Positions 63,285-64,000 of a DNA stretch of 64,000 nucleotides are shown here, in pieces. Source of the DNA: Flavobacteriales bacterium. GTDB lineage: Bacteria; Bacteroidota; Bacteroidia; Flavobacteriales_G; JALEGO01. The number at the start of each line of letters is the position of its first letter. Positions within the stretch are counted from its first letter, which is position 1. Where the stretch lies: contig JAHDHZ010000002.1 in assembly GCA_020631045.1 (NCBI GenBank), forward strand, positions 35,308-99,307, given 5' to 3'. Both the position numbers and the translations under genes were made by a program. A model generated the notes under the pieces. The model was not told the DNA's origin, searched no databases, and saw only the letters and a program-made list of their open reading frames with translations.

Positions 63285-64000
63285 TTATTTTACCAAGAAC
63301 TTTTTAGCATTTACTTTTTGATCTTTTTGATCAAAAAACTCAATAAAATACATCCCTTGTTGGAGGGCTAATTCAATTGAATGGTTCGGATTATCAATTA
63401 CCTGAACGACCCTTGCAGAAAGATCTAAAATGCGCGCTTTGCTGAGCTTTATATTTGTTTGAATATTTAAGACTCCTGAACTAGGGTTTGGATATACTTT
63501 GATATCTGTTTCAGTAAATCTTTGTTCACCTGAAAGCGGATAAGGAATCTGATTGATGTACTGCACTAAAATAAGCATCATCTCATCATCTGTTGTCAAT
63601 CCCCAATCAACATCTTGAGTGCCAGAATTATTGTATGTCGCTCTGTGAATTAACCCATCATTTGGGTGGATGGTTAAAAAATTATCGTTGAAATAACGTA
63701 CTGGAGGATGCTCATAATCGTAAAAGCCAATATTTTGGGTATAATCAGGATCAAAAAAACCTTCGTACACCTGATCTCCCAAAGATCCATCTGAATTTCT
63801 CAAAAAGATATCATAGTCTTTTCCGTATTTGTGGGTGTGGGTACTCAATAACCACACATGAATAGAATCACTTCCTCCGGGAATAAAAGTTCCTTCAAAG
63901 GTGTGATCTTGATTGTCTGCTGGAATCAAAAAATTAGTGAGCGGATAAGGCAAGGGTGCTTCGGGGTGGGTGATCAATTCAGTAATCATCTCAATTGTAT
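63285..64000 (-). CDS. T9SS cargo protein with a PHM/DBH-like copper monooxygenase C-terminal-domain signature; N-terminus lies outside the window
   Basis: The frame is open to the window edge and no signal peptide is present at the tracked Met. STHTHKYGKD and TTDDEMMLILVQY resemble the CuM site (HxH ... M) of peptidylglycine alpha-hydroxylating monooxygenase. The C-terminal KVYPNPSSGVLNIQ...GMYFIEF is a type A sorting domain. Confidence 0.6.
   Translation of the reverse strand, partial: TIEMITELITHPEAPLPYPLTNFLIPADNQDHTFEGTFIPGGSDSIHVWLLSTHTHKYGKDYDIFLRNSDGSLGDQVYEGFFDPDYTQNIGFYDYEHPPVRYFNDNFLTIHPNDGLIHRATYNNSGTQDVDWGLTTDDEMMLILVQYINQIPYPLSGEQRFTETDIKVYPNPSSGVLNIQTNIKLSKARILDLSARVVQVIDNPNHSIELALQQGMYFIEFFDQKDQKVNAKKFLVK

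Overview
The window reads as a gene-dense, AT-rich stretch of chromosome from a Bacteroidota genome, most likely Flavobacteriales-like. Supporting signs are T9SS C-terminal sorting domains, a GldA-like ABC ATPase, DUF5686/DUF4924-type proteins, TAnnTTTG promoter boxes and the absence of Shine-Dalgarno sequences. Most of it is recognisable housekeeping: purK-purE-murQ-fbp, rdgB, rsgA-dtd, recN, recO, rocD, mscL, thyA-folA, tig-clpP-clpX, msrA, a ktrB/ktrA-like pair, two tRNAs and an SRP RNA that the ORF track cannot show. I found no CRISPR array, rRNA, prophage, transposase, integrase or clear defence island. The most system-like unexplained locus is a four-gene minus-strand operon at 52750-57779. 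It encodes a 1019-aa multidomain ABCG-type half-transporter (TerB-like and FHA-like N-terminal region, then NBD, then ABC-2 membrane domain with a ~190-aa insert), followed by three uncharacterised exported proteins. Secondary candidates:
- a translationally coupled HerA-like ATPase / secreted EEP lipoprotein / PPK2 trio;
- a GNAT/desaturase/hydroxylase lipid cassette;
- a MITE-like 160-bp inverted-repeat element whose arm sequence recurs in other intergenic regions;
- TAnnTTTG boxes sitting directly against start codons;
- a voltage-sensor K+ channel with a zinc ribbon, coupled to ktrBA;
- a Cys-rich insert in ornithine aminotransferase;
- a PHM/DBH-like copper monooxygenase domain on a T9SS cargo protein.
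All family assignments come from motif recognition by eye. No database search or computation was run.
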